NCBI GenBank assembly: GCA_016934335.1 | Contig: JAFGTC010000316.1 | Coordinates: 5,488-69,487, forward strand | Length of the DNA stretch: 64,000 bases | DNA from: Candidatus Omnitrophota bacterium | GTDB taxonomy: Bacteria > Hinthialibacterota > Hinthialibacteria > Hinthialibacterales > Hinthialibacteraceae | Direction: 5' to 3' | In this document: piece by piece, positions 39,101 to 47,407 of the stretch | Position numbering within the stretch: the stretch's first letter is position 1 | How the letters are laid out: each line of letters starts with the position of its first letter | Notes under the pieces: generated by a model | What the model was told of the DNA's origin: nothing | Databases searched by the model: none | What the model saw: the letters and a program-made list of their open reading frames with translations, nothing else | Made by a program: the position numbers and the translations under genes

Positions 39101-39373
39101 CGCTGCGTCTTGATCGAATCGACCAAGGAGGACGCCTCCATTGGAATTCATCTTTTCCCGCGAGACGAGCAAGGACGTTTTTCGACGCGGGCGGAAAATC
39201 ACGCTCCGGCGCCCCATGCGGGGAAATGGCTCGATCTGGAAATCGCCGGCGGCTGCCTCTACCTATTAGGCCGCGAGACATCCTCTGATCCAGAATCCAA
39301 CTCAGGGAGATTTTGTCTGCTGGCGGCGCGGCTTGGAAATTTATTTCAAGAGAATCAGCCGAAATCGAAATGA
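36155..39373 (+). CDS. 1072-aa single-pass membrane protein. From the N-terminus: signal peptide, a ~280-aa N-terminal domain, a ~400-aa acidic Pro/Ser/Asp/Glu-rich disordered region, a TM helix, and a ~340-aa C-terminal domain.
   Basis: Signal peptide LFFVYFLLIFATLH. Low-complexity stretch ...SEASPESEPTDPQSVPDADPGQPESTPDADPRSPASSPSS.... TM helix SSWLLLVLIILAASYAAYRLM near residue 710. No motif I can name. Confidence 0.6.
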   Translation: MRQRQLFFVYFLLIFATLHRGMDSCAEMRSTRHHDASHFASAWTSGLPNQSADPHLIRLFAWTYRRDDSTQPPVLWRFNRLEKQPEISWGALPEGSEYSNITAAHGRLWVYVQNEDGWSLFSAGMNAESAQWRPASSNINENIESFFLDSNADPLLILEKNGKWFVRTGGFTGGGEALRWDAMREISLFEKNQLTREAKKEDAARDMVGEFDLRSQAILLAFSCKENRRDAVKIRYRISAGKTRSYGPWSEPLPDSVIQLNQRGRYFQYQISSAPASGQDALTLPNLELIYTFDESEPQNEAKSVKSEGRPGKGGSSAGAGLGAAVGSSGLTAEAGAAGAAVLENAGDGMTSAGAGSESSDSPAKTGAADSGDPGASNSQDQTPAASPAQEENPSEIESDRQDDQQEASATLSGDSALQEEDFSQEDAKEKNPEEERSNQTENGASLQPPPNEPDADGDSSEASPESEPTDPQSVPDADPGQPESTPDADPRSPASSPSSNPPHSPQNQPLSQENPPDGGVADDEKIGAGRETNVESGLSDHEDQESSAPAMDNRNKAGKGKKTTAGQEKTTPSSGINETNESAGDAKEHNPTPPAANRDQLQTNREPASLSNASPQKGFTGANQPGVENTIPPGEEDGASNNGHANSSLSPSDFRDLPNSAGESLNSRPAAFASSGGASTNASRVKQASPEISEEGSGSSGTLEGTWKERNKSSWLLLVLIILAASYAAYRLMRQSRTKGAPVEVDVQNENWREGWIEDRQEQSGVWEAVLHFHPDVKAANLSGGVLLLMNQNHAVKKVSLPDLWFPKPAEEENNPTEAIVNLKAPIDSAQMAKYRNNLFVFGIDSHGQEKALHIALPAGEKAMKGRKISHPSGLQSIRSLKADGDILWALGEAPDGLRVLAASMGFLKGRAWREESPAALDKGEIIALSSGEETMIAGIPDKDRDHLWIFQQEKNRQGRWRAAVKTRFNQKNVLLYAARNRCVLIESTKEDASIGIHLFPRDEQGRFSTRAENHAPAPHAGKWLDLEIAGGCLYLLGRETSSDPESNSGRFCLLAARLGNLFQENQPKSK

Positions 39374-39411
39374 GGACGCTTATCCTCTGACGCCGCAACA
39401 GGGAAGTTCGT

Positions 39412-41136
39412 TTACTGCGTTCCCTCGATGCGATTGAGCTCGGACTGCATCTGGCTTTGAATGCGATCAAGGCGAGCCTGTTTATCCAGCCAATCGGCGC
39501 GAATCGCTTCGAAAGGCTTGGCAAGCAGAGAGGAAAGCGACGGCAGAAATTCTTCAAACCATAAATCCCGAAACTCCTCTTCCCCCTCCCGCAATGCGCG
39601 CCGCGCCCCGCGCGCATATAGAAGCGCCAGCCAAACCAGATAGAACACGATCAGAAACAACAGACTTTGCAGCAGAGAAGCGGCCCCGAATAAAGAGATG
39701 AAAATCGATATCAGCTCGCCGAAGCCGCCGATTGACAAGAGCGGCGACTCCGAGCGGGACCATTCCAACAAAAACGGCTGTATAAACGGGAACCAGATCA
39801 GCGGCAGATACACCAGCGATTTTCGCCAGGGGCCGGGAGCGGGCATCGAGGATGATATGCGCTTGACGACTCGATCTTCGTACGCGTCGAGCAGGCGATG
39901 AAATCCTTTTTCAATCGCCGCAGAATAATCCGGCGGCTCATCCAGACGAGCGATCAATTCGGGATGTTTTTCTTCTATATCTCTCCGTATGGAAAGAAGC
40001 CGGGACGAAGCGGATTTTCCCTGCCGGCGCAACAGGTCGCGGGGGGAATCGGAAAACGCATCCGTTCCGCGGGTCAAAGCCATTCGGCCGCCCAAAAAGG
40101 AGATCAGACCGGCCATGGGATGAAAGACCAGCCTCAAAACCGGCCAATGCTGCACTCGCTGAAAGAAGAGCCCGCTGCTGATGCGATGCTGCACCGGCCC
40201 TAAAACAAGGATGCGCTGCCACACCATCTCGAAATACTCGTTATCGAAACATTCGCGCAGACCGTTTGCGATTTCGTCCAGCACCCCGTCCAAAACGGCG
40301 ATGCGGTCGGAGAGCGCGTAATAACTGCGGATTTTTTCTGTATTTTTATTGAACTCGGCGCGCAGATTCTTGACTTTGGCGCGCAGGATTTCTTCGGGCG
40401 AGTGCCGTCGTATCAGCCGCTCGTAAAGGCGCGGATACTCGTATTTTTGTGGATTCAAGGCGGAAATCATTAACAGGCGGTCGCCGGTGGGCGCCGGGAT
40501 GTCGCGCCGGGCGCACTCTTCCTTGAGATAATCCAGAACTTCCCGCCGGGCGGCCTCTAGAGCGACTCGCCCCTCCAACTGATCGATTTTGTTCAGGATG
40601 ATCAGATAATTTTCATGGCTTTGCGCGACCGATTCCAACTGATCGATAAACTCATGGTCGCCGTATTTGCGCGGTGTGATCACCCACACCAATCCCTGCA
40701 AATAGCGCGACAGTTTTTGAACATCGTCGCGATGCGATTGAAAGCGGCTGTCGTAATCGGGAAAGTCGATCAGCACCACATTGCGCAGGAAGTCGCTCTG
40801 ATGGGTTTGATAATCCATGCGATCGCGCATGGCGCCCGCTAAACGCTTCTGAAGAAACGGCTGGTCGGCCTGATGGCAATAAGCAACCGATTTTTTGGTG
40901 CCCTCGTCCAGGATGTCGCTGTCAATGGAGATGCGCGAACCGGCCAGAAGATTGATCAGCGAAGTTTTCCCGACATCCTTTCCGCCCACGATTCCATACA
41001 GGAAAAGATTGTCTTGGCCGGATTCCCCCGTTTGATAAAGCAGGCGGAGGAGCGGCTGATCGGCCGTTTGAGCCAGTTCTTTATTCAATCCGTCTAATTC
41101 GATGCGCAAGTCGTTAATTTTGATCATGACCGGCAA
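39412..41136 (-). CDS. Membrane-associated GTPase (dynamin-like / YfjP-like P-loop GTPase), downstream member of a tandem pair
   Basis: G1 GIVGGKDVGKTS. G3-like VVLIDFPDY. G4 ILNKIDQ. C-terminal hydrophobic paddle LVYLPLIWFPFIQPFLL ... LISIFISLFGAASLLQSLLFLIVFYLVWLALLY. Confidence 0.6.
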   Translation of the reverse strand: MPVMIKINDLRIELDGLNKELAQTADQPLLRLLYQTGESGQDNLFLYGIVGGKDVGKTSLINLLAGSRISIDSDILDEGTKKSVAYCHQADQPFLQKRLAGAMRDRMDYQTHQSDFLRNVVLIDFPDYDSRFQSHRDDVQKLSRYLQGLVWVITPRKYGDHEFIDQLESVAQSHENYLIILNKIDQLEGRVALEAARREVLDYLKEECARRDIPAPTGDRLLMISALNPQKYEYPRLYERLIRRHSPEEILRAKVKNLRAEFNKNTEKIRSYYALSDRIAVLDGVLDEIANGLRECFDNEYFEMVWQRILVLGPVQHRISSGLFFQRVQHWPVLRLVFHPMAGLISFLGGRMALTRGTDAFSDSPRDLLRRQGKSASSRLLSIRRDIEEKHPELIARLDEPPDYSAAIEKGFHRLLDAYEDRVVKRISSSMPAPGPWRKSLVYLPLIWFPFIQPFLLEWSRSESPLLSIGGFGELISIFISLFGAASLLQSLLFLIVFYLVWLALLYARGARRALREGEEEFRDLWFEEFLPSLSSLLAKPFEAIRADWLDKQARLDRIQSQMQSELNRIEGTQ

Positions 41137-42766
41137 ATATCCTCAGTGCGCTCAACAAGGGATCGGATGGATCCATGGTGACGTTCCGGCGAGCCGATTG
41201 AATCTTATGAAGATCCTCCATTAAAGACTCGCGGATGACATCGCGAATCCGCTGTTGGAAGTCGCGCTTGGTTTTTTCGAATTTCCCTAAAGGAAGAAAC
41301 TTGAAGACGCTGGGAATCAACGCCCAACTGCCAAACCCGGGCACGGTGAACACGTCCGCGATCAGAGCCGCCAGCAGGCCAACGGCCAGTAAAGGATCGT
41401 TTTTCAGAGACGCGGAGATGGAGTCGGAAGCGATTAATTCACGGCAATCCTCCTCAAATCGGCGGGCGACGCCGGCCAGTTCCCGGCGGAAGGAAGGATC
41501 GTCCGGCGCACAACTCGCGAAAATATCGCCGATCAATCCCGCGTCTGCATGGCTGTGAAGCGCCTGACTGATCGCTTCGCGATGATCGAAGAGCCGCGCC
41601 GACGCCTCATGGCTCAGTTTGTCGGCATCCAGATGGAGCAAATGCGCGGCGGCGTCTTCGCGGTGGCTGCCGAACGCCAGCGTGAAACTGCTGCGCAGAG
41701 CGCCTTTGGTGGTGATGCGCTTCAAAAATTGAAGAAGGTTGCTGACGCTGAAGCGCTTCAATCCCAGATGCTCCAACACCTGCAGCGCTTCGTCATTCAA
41801 GACGCGATGCATGGGGATCGGCGGTTCGTTGGCGAGCCGCTTCTGAGCGATTTGTTCGGCGCGCTTCTGCAGTTCGACAAAAATTTTGCCCCGCCGTTCA
41901 TTCTCTTTCACCAGTTTTTCGGCGTGCGGCGCGAGCCGATCGAATATCGGCCGATGCGGAGCGCGCGTATTCGTCGTAAAAAGATCGTCGCGAAATCGCA
42001 AAAATTCCGGCTCGCTGTCGAAGATCGGCTTGTCGCCCAAATCGGGCAGCACATGCAGCGTATCCACGCCAAAAAATTCTCGGACGCCTTGTAAATCGGG
42101 ATGATCGAGTTCGATGCGGTCTCGCCCGCGATTGTTGAGGACGCAGAGGCGACGCTGCTGGAGGGATTTCGCCTGCGCGACCGGCTCCTCGTAATCGCGA
42201 TGGTACAACGTTTCTTCATCGACGATGTAAACGACCACATCCAGCCAGGGAAGCAGCGTCATCGCCAACCGGTTTTCATACAGAGCGCGCGTAGTGTTGA
42301 TGTCCGGCAAGTCGAACAGAACCATGCGCTCCCAGGACGCATTATCGGTTAAAATCCAATGGATCGCTCCCGGCGCGCCGGCTTCGGAGCGGATTTGGTC
42401 GAGCGAAAAACATTCCCGCTTCCACCGGGGGAGAAAAAGCGGCGTGAATTGACGCTCGAGATCTTCGAGGCTTTGATGAAAGCGCGTCGAGGAAAGCATG
42501 ACAGGGCCGGAGGTGTTGTGCGCCTTCCAGCCGGTGATGCAGGCCTCCCGCAGGCATAAACTGTTGAAAATCGTGGATTTTCCGCTGCCGGTGCAGCCGA
42601 TGAATCCCACCCAGGGAGGGCGGTTTTCCCCCATCCGCCGGCGGAGGGCGGCCAGCATGGCCAAATCCAAAACAGGCTCGACCTCTTCGGCGGGCAGAGA
42701 CAACGAGCGCAGCCGATCCGCCGAGAGAACCACCGTATCCAAAGCCTGCTGATTCGAATCCGTCAT
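41114..42766 (-). CDS. GTPase (divergent dynamin-like / YfjP-like), upstream member of a tandem pair
   Basis: G1 GFIGCTGSGKSTIFNSL. G3-like MVLFDLPDI. C-terminal hydrophobic hairpin LLAVGLLAALIADVFTVPGFGSWALIPSVF. Overlaps the downstream GTPase gene by 23 bp. Confidence 0.6.
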   Translation of the reverse strand: MTDSNQQALDTVVLSADRLRSLSLPAEEVEPVLDLAMLAALRRRMGENRPPWVGFIGCTGSGKSTIFNSLCLREACITGWKAHNTSGPVMLSSTRFHQSLEDLERQFTPLFLPRWKRECFSLDQIRSEAGAPGAIHWILTDNASWERMVLFDLPDINTTRALYENRLAMTLLPWLDVVVYIVDEETLYHRDYEEPVAQAKSLQQRRLCVLNNRGRDRIELDHPDLQGVREFFGVDTLHVLPDLGDKPIFDSEPEFLRFRDDLFTTNTRAPHRPIFDRLAPHAEKLVKENERRGKIFVELQKRAEQIAQKRLANEPPIPMHRVLNDEALQVLEHLGLKRFSVSNLLQFLKRITTKGALRSSFTLAFGSHREDAAAHLLHLDADKLSHEASARLFDHREAISQALHSHADAGLIGDIFASCAPDDPSFRRELAGVARRFEEDCRELIASDSISASLKNDPLLAVGLLAALIADVFTVPGFGSWALIPSVFKFLPLGKFEKTKRDFQQRIRDVIRESLMEDLHKIQSARRNVTMDPSDPLLSALRIFAGHDQN

Positions 42767-42908
42767 GTTCTTTCACACCTGATTTAAATACGAAGCCATG
42801 ATGCCGCTTATTTCAAAGGTATTTTTGAAGCAAGACGCCCAAAATGAAAGCCCTCGCGAAAAACGAGGGCTTTGCATGCTTCATCTTCAACAGGAAATTT
42901 CGCAAATC

Positions 42909-44303
42909 TTAGAACAGAGACCATTCCGAAACGGAGACCGGTTCGCCGATGTCGCCGATGACATACCGACCATATCCATAGATGCCGCCTTCCCAAAGAA
43001 TTTCACACGCGCCTTCAGCGGCCGTTGAAGGAACATGAACGTCAATTTCACCTTGCGTACCATGCCATTCCGATGTGGCAGCGGGATTTCCTTGGTCGTC
43101 CGTAGCGCCCAGATCATACAATTCAGTATCTTCCGTTGTATTAATTTTATAGTATGATATTATTTTGCCATCTTTTTCTTCCTGCCCGCTGACGTCATGA
43201 ACGGCCAGCCATCCCGGAGCAAAAACGCCGCCGTTGGCCCCATAACTATTCCAACTCGGTGTAGAGTAAGCGATAACATACTGCAAACCATCAGCGGAAT
43301 CCATGTCAGAAATAAACGATGTACGGTAGACATTATTAGGATCGAGACCAAGAGATTCCATATCTTCCGCCGAATATTTTTGAGCCTCCCACAATTCGGC
43401 ATCTTTTACTGCTTCTGTTTCAAAATCATACCAGCGATAAAAAGTTGTACCGGTTCCGCCGTCGCTTCCTGGATAAGTGGAAGCATAAAGAACTGGATCG
43501 AGGTTGACTCCACCATGAACGATGATTTTGCTGGCGCCGCCGCTAGCGTTGCCATATCCATTCGGTACATAGAAAGTTTGGGTAAAGTTAACGCCGTCGT
43601 CCGTCACCAATTTGCGGAAGCCGTGACCTTCCCGCCAAGTTTTACCGCCCGCAAAAATTACGGTATCCGCTCCGCTTCCCATGACTTCCACGTCACCCCA
43701 TCGCCACGAATAATATTGAGCTCCTCCAGAGCCGTCGATGCCATCCGCGGGTACTTCAAAAGCAACGGCAGGCTCTTCAAATCCGCCCTGACCATCCGGC
43801 GCATATCGCAAAATCATATTTTTGTAGCCGACAAAAATTACTCCATCTTCTGAAACTCCCCACTTAAAATAATAGCTATCGGGAGTGCCTCCACCTGCGA
43901 CATATGCATCACTGAGAGGATAAGGCGCAATTCCAACGACCAGGGCTATACCCATCGGTTGGCCTGTGGCAGGATCGATCCAGATCAAGGAACGATCGGG
44001 ATATTCTGCGGCCAGCGCCTCATCGGCGCCCTCAGCGCCTTCAACGATGCCGTTTTCGCGGATGCCAAGCAAAAGTCGCTGATCGTCATAGCGCTTCAAA
44101 CCGGAAAAAGAATCCGTAGGACTATCACCTTGAAACCAAGTGTTATCAAATGGATATCCATCTTGCACTTTCAAGATTTCTACAGGACTATTGCCGGATG
44201 TGTTGAGAAATTCCCAAATCGGCTCAATCTCCTGTGTGAATGCGCAGGGCGTCACTACGCCTGCGATTAATACAATGACAGCCATTCCAAATGCTTTTTT
44301 CAT
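42909..44303 (-). CDS. Secreted Asp/Gly-rich hypothetical protein. Paralogue of 8696..10102. Ends in EWSLF.
   Basis: Signal peptide MKKAFGMAVIVLIAGVVTPCAFTQ. Shares motifs with the 8696..10102 protein. Lies 142 bp upstream of the GTPase pair on the same strand. Confidence 0.6.
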   Translation of the reverse strand: MKKAFGMAVIVLIAGVVTPCAFTQEIEPIWEFLNTSGNSPVEILKVQDGYPFDNTWFQGDSPTDSFSGLKRYDDQRLLLGIRENGIVEGAEGADEALAAEYPDRSLIWIDPATGQPMGIALVVGIAPYPLSDAYVAGGGTPDSYYFKWGVSEDGVIFVGYKNMILRYAPDGQGGFEEPAVAFEVPADGIDGSGGAQYYSWRWGDVEVMGSGADTVIFAGGKTWREGHGFRKLVTDDGVNFTQTFYVPNGYGNASGGASKIIVHGGVNLDPVLYASTYPGSDGGTGTTFYRWYDFETEAVKDAELWEAQKYSAEDMESLGLDPNNVYRTSFISDMDSADGLQYVIAYSTPSWNSYGANGGVFAPGWLAVHDVSGQEEKDGKIISYYKINTTEDTELYDLGATDDQGNPAATSEWHGTQGEIDVHVPSTAAEGACEILWEGGIYGYGRYVIGDIGEPVSVSEWSLF

Positions 44304-44545
44304 CAAAACATCTCCTTTCAACAACAAGAATTGTTAATGAATTAAATTATATACTCAAAATTGATTAAGAAAAGTTATTCGAAGCATTTTTCAAGAAGCA
44401 TATGTCAACAAATCGATTTATTGTCCAAAAAAAATTTCGCTATAGACCGATTGTGATAATTATGGGAAAATACAAACATCCGATCTTCCCCAATTATTCT
44501 TGGCGGAGATTCAATCGAATTCAATGAATCAAGGAGAATGCAGAC

Positions 44546-45997
44546 ATGCAGAATGAAAATCGATTTTTCAAACCAATGATTGTATGGGCGAGCTTAATAG
44601 GGATTCTGATTGGGGGTCATTTGGCCGGCGCGGCGACCGTGACCGTCAATCCCGGCGACAGCATCCAGGCGGCCATTGATTCAGCCGATCCGGGCGATGA
44701 AATCATCCTGAACGCCGGCGTCTATGAAGAAGACATCAACATCGGCGATATGAATGCGCCGCTCAACAGAAAAGACAATATTACTCTCAAAGCCGCGGAC
44801 GGCGCCGATGTGGAAATTCATATTCCCAACTCTGCAAGCCGTCTTGAATTGCTAGGCGGCCTGGGCGCGGATTTCGGCCCGGCGGATCGCATGGGATTTT
44901 TGGTTTATGGAGACGGCGTAACAGTGGAGGGAATTTCCTTCACTCAACTGAGCGGAGAAGTTAATAATTTTGAAATCAGCGTCTTAGTCACCGTCATCAG
45001 CAACGATGTAACCTTCCGAGACTGCGAGTTCATCGGCGTCGGAGCGGAAGCGGCCGGCGACGCCGTGGGATTGGCCGTCACTCCCTTAGACGCCATCGCT
45101 CTTGATCAGGGACTGGGCGGTTTAGCGACCAATCTCACGGTGGAAGACTGCGTCTTCCATGATCTCGCCTACTCCTATGGAAACGCCAATTTTCTCCAGG
45201 AGTTAGGCGTTCCGGCCCCTTCGCCCGAAGCAACTCTTACAGGCTGTGAGTTTTATGACTGCGGGACATGCATCAACATGGATGACGGTCTGGCCACGCT
45301 CGTAGATTGTTATATTCACGACAACCAGGGAACGGGAGTCGACGCCTCCGACGACGGCGTAACCTTGATCAACTGCCGAATCGAAAACTGTCTGGAGCAC
45401 GGGGTCGAGATCAGCGACTCGGAAAGCGAAGACGACGAACCGCAGGAAAATCCGATCGTCACAATCGAGAATTGCCTCATTCTCAACTGCGGAACCGATA
45501 CGAACCATAATGGAATCAATTCCGAACATGGAACCATCACCGTGAAAAACACCGTCATCAGCGGCAGCACCGGACCCAATGTATTTTTCGAAACGGAAGA
45601 CGGCCGCATGACCACGGCGACTTTCGACCATTGCGACATTTACAATTCTTTGATCGGAACCGCCATCGGCACAACCGCCAGCCCCCAAGACGTCATCACT
45701 CTGACTATCACCAACTCCAACATCGTTGATTTAGACGGCATCATCAACGATGCCGGCGCCTTTTCGACCATTACGCTGGATTATTGCAATATCTTTGTCT
45801 CCGGAGAGCCTTACTTACCGGATCAGGAATTCATCACGGCGACCAATATGCTCTCAGCCGACCCCCTGTACGTCGATCCGGATAACGGCGATTTCACTTT
45901 GCAGCCCGGATCTCCCATGGCGACGGCAGGCCAGGGCGGAACATATATTGGTTCGCAAGGATTGGAGACTCGAACGCAAGGCTGGATGCTTCATTGA
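44546..45997 (+). CDS. Secreted right-handed parallel beta-helix repeat protein (pectate-lyase fold; possible polysaccharide lyase/hydrolase)
   Basis: Signal peptide. Motif NPGDSIQAAIDSADPGDEIILNAGVYEEDINI. Many short PbH1-like repeats: ENCLEHGVEISDS, ENCLILNCGTD, NTVISGSTGPNVFFE. Confidence 0.65.
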   Translation: MQNENRFFKPMIVWASLIGILIGGHLAGAATVTVNPGDSIQAAIDSADPGDEIILNAGVYEEDINIGDMNAPLNRKDNITLKAADGADVEIHIPNSASRLELLGGLGADFGPADRMGFLVYGDGVTVEGISFTQLSGEVNNFEISVLVTVISNDVTFRDCEFIGVGAEAAGDAVGLAVTPLDAIALDQGLGGLATNLTVEDCVFHDLAYSYGNANFLQELGVPAPSPEATLTGCEFYDCGTCINMDDGLATLVDCYIHDNQGTGVDASDDGVTLINCRIENCLEHGVEISDSESEDDEPQENPIVTIENCLILNCGTDTNHNGINSEHGTITVKNTVISGSTGPNVFFETEDGRMTTATFDHCDIYNSLIGTAIGTTASPQDVITLTITNSNIVDLDGIINDAGAFSTITLDYCNIFVSGEPYLPDQEFITATNMLSADPLYVDPDNGDFTLQPGSPMATAGQGGTYIGSQGLETRTQGWMLH

Positions 45998-46079
45998 TTT
46001 TATTGCGCCTTTGAAATGATACTTTTCCAGGAATCCAACTACTAACCCGGCGGAGCCGAGCAGCTCCGCCGGGCGATCC

Positions 46080-47381
46080 ATGAATGGAGTCTTAAAAATG
46101 CGAAAACTCGTTTGGAAGCAGCCCATCGGGATGATGCTGATGGCGTTGATTATGGCAATCGCCGCCGCGCCGGCGTGCAGCGAAATCATCGCCCGGGACG
46201 GGAAAGGTTATGTCGAGCGCATCGACGGCCAACTGGTGTTGCACCTGAAGGGAAATCCCTACGAGCTGGGCCGCCAGCACGGCGTTTTATTGCGCGACCT
46301 GGTAAAAAGCAATTTGCTGAACATCACCGACAACCAAGACGAAAAAGGTAAAAGCAAAGAATATCTGCTCTACAAGATGCTGCGCGGCGGCATGCACAAC
46401 AAACTCAAACCGCATATTCCCGAACGATTCATGGAAGAGATGCGAGGATTGGCGGACGGGGCCGGTTTGGAATTCGATGATGTGCTGGCGGGGAACCTTT
46501 TCCCCGAAGCTTTCCATTGCAGCGGCATAGCCCTTATGGGCAAAGCGACCCATGACGGTTCGTTGTATCACGCCCGGCTGCTCGATTACATGACCGACGC
46601 AGGCCTTCAGGATCACGCCGTGATCATGATGGTCGAGCCGGACGGCCAAAACACTTTCGTAAACGTATCCTACGCCGGCTTCATCGGCAGCATCACCGGC
46701 ATGAACGAACAGCAGATTACCATCGGCGAAATGGGAGGCGGCGGCCAGGGCCATTGGGACGGCATGCCCATGAGCCTGCTGATCCGCGACGCACTGGAGC
46801 GCGCATCCGACTTGACCAAAGCATTGAGCATCTTTCATAACACGCCGCGCACCTGCGAATATTATTATGTGATATCGGACGCCAAAATCCCCGACGCGCG
46901 GGGCGTCTATGCAACGCCTCAGCAGATTCATTTCGTCAAGCCGGGAGAAAATTTCGGCCAATTCGACGTCCCCCTCCCCCCGCAAGGCGACAGCGGCGGA
47001 AACCGCACTCTCATCAAAGGCTTCGAACTGATCCATTCGCCGGTGCAGACCTTGATCCAATCGGCGGACGGTAAAGTCATGGGTTTTCTCAATACGCCCC
47101 CGGAAGACTGCGTCATTATTTCCGGCGACGACCGCTACAAAATCTTCACCGAACGGCTGCTGGAAAAGTACGGCCAGGTGGATGAAAAAGTATTTCAGGA
47201 ACTCATTACGCGACCCGTCTCGATGAAAGGCAACCTGCATAACGCCGTCTTTCATCCATCCACCCTGGAAGTCTGGGTCGCCAACGCGGGAGCGGACGGC
47301 GAGCCGGCCTGCAACCAGCCTTATTATCACTATCGCCTGCAAAAACAGGACGAACCTCAACAAACCACCATGGCGAAATAA
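46080..47381 (+). CDS. Secreted Ntn-hydrolase-like protein, possibly peptidase C45 / acyl-CoA:6-APA acyltransferase family
   Basis: Signal or lipoprotein-like N-terminus LMALIMAIAAAPACSE. Candidate Ntn nucleophile in FHCSGIALMGKATHDG. Family assignment is tentative. Confidence 0.4.
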   Translation: MNGVLKMRKLVWKQPIGMMLMALIMAIAAAPACSEIIARDGKGYVERIDGQLVLHLKGNPYELGRQHGVLLRDLVKSNLLNITDNQDEKGKSKEYLLYKMLRGGMHNKLKPHIPERFMEEMRGLADGAGLEFDDVLAGNLFPEAFHCSGIALMGKATHDGSLYHARLLDYMTDAGLQDHAVIMMVEPDGQNTFVNVSYAGFIGSITGMNEQQITIGEMGGGGQGHWDGMPMSLLIRDALERASDLTKALSIFHNTPRTCEYYYVISDAKIPDARGVYATPQQIHFVKPGENFGQFDVPLPPQGDSGGNRTLIKGFELIHSPVQTLIQSADGKVMGFLNTPPEDCVIISGDDRYKIFTERLLEKYGQVDEKVFQELITRPVSMKGNLHNAVFHPSTLEVWVANAGADGEPACNQPYYHYRLQKQDEPQQTTMAK

Positions 47382-47407
47382 CAAATATTCATCGGGAGGA
47401 ATCAGCC

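Noticed and set aside
39374-39412. Possible bidirectional terminator hairpin (GGGAAG...CTTCCC-like) between the convergent giant gene and the GTPase operon
   Set aside because: The stem is only about 5 bp with mismatches and there is no flanking U-run. This is too weak to call.
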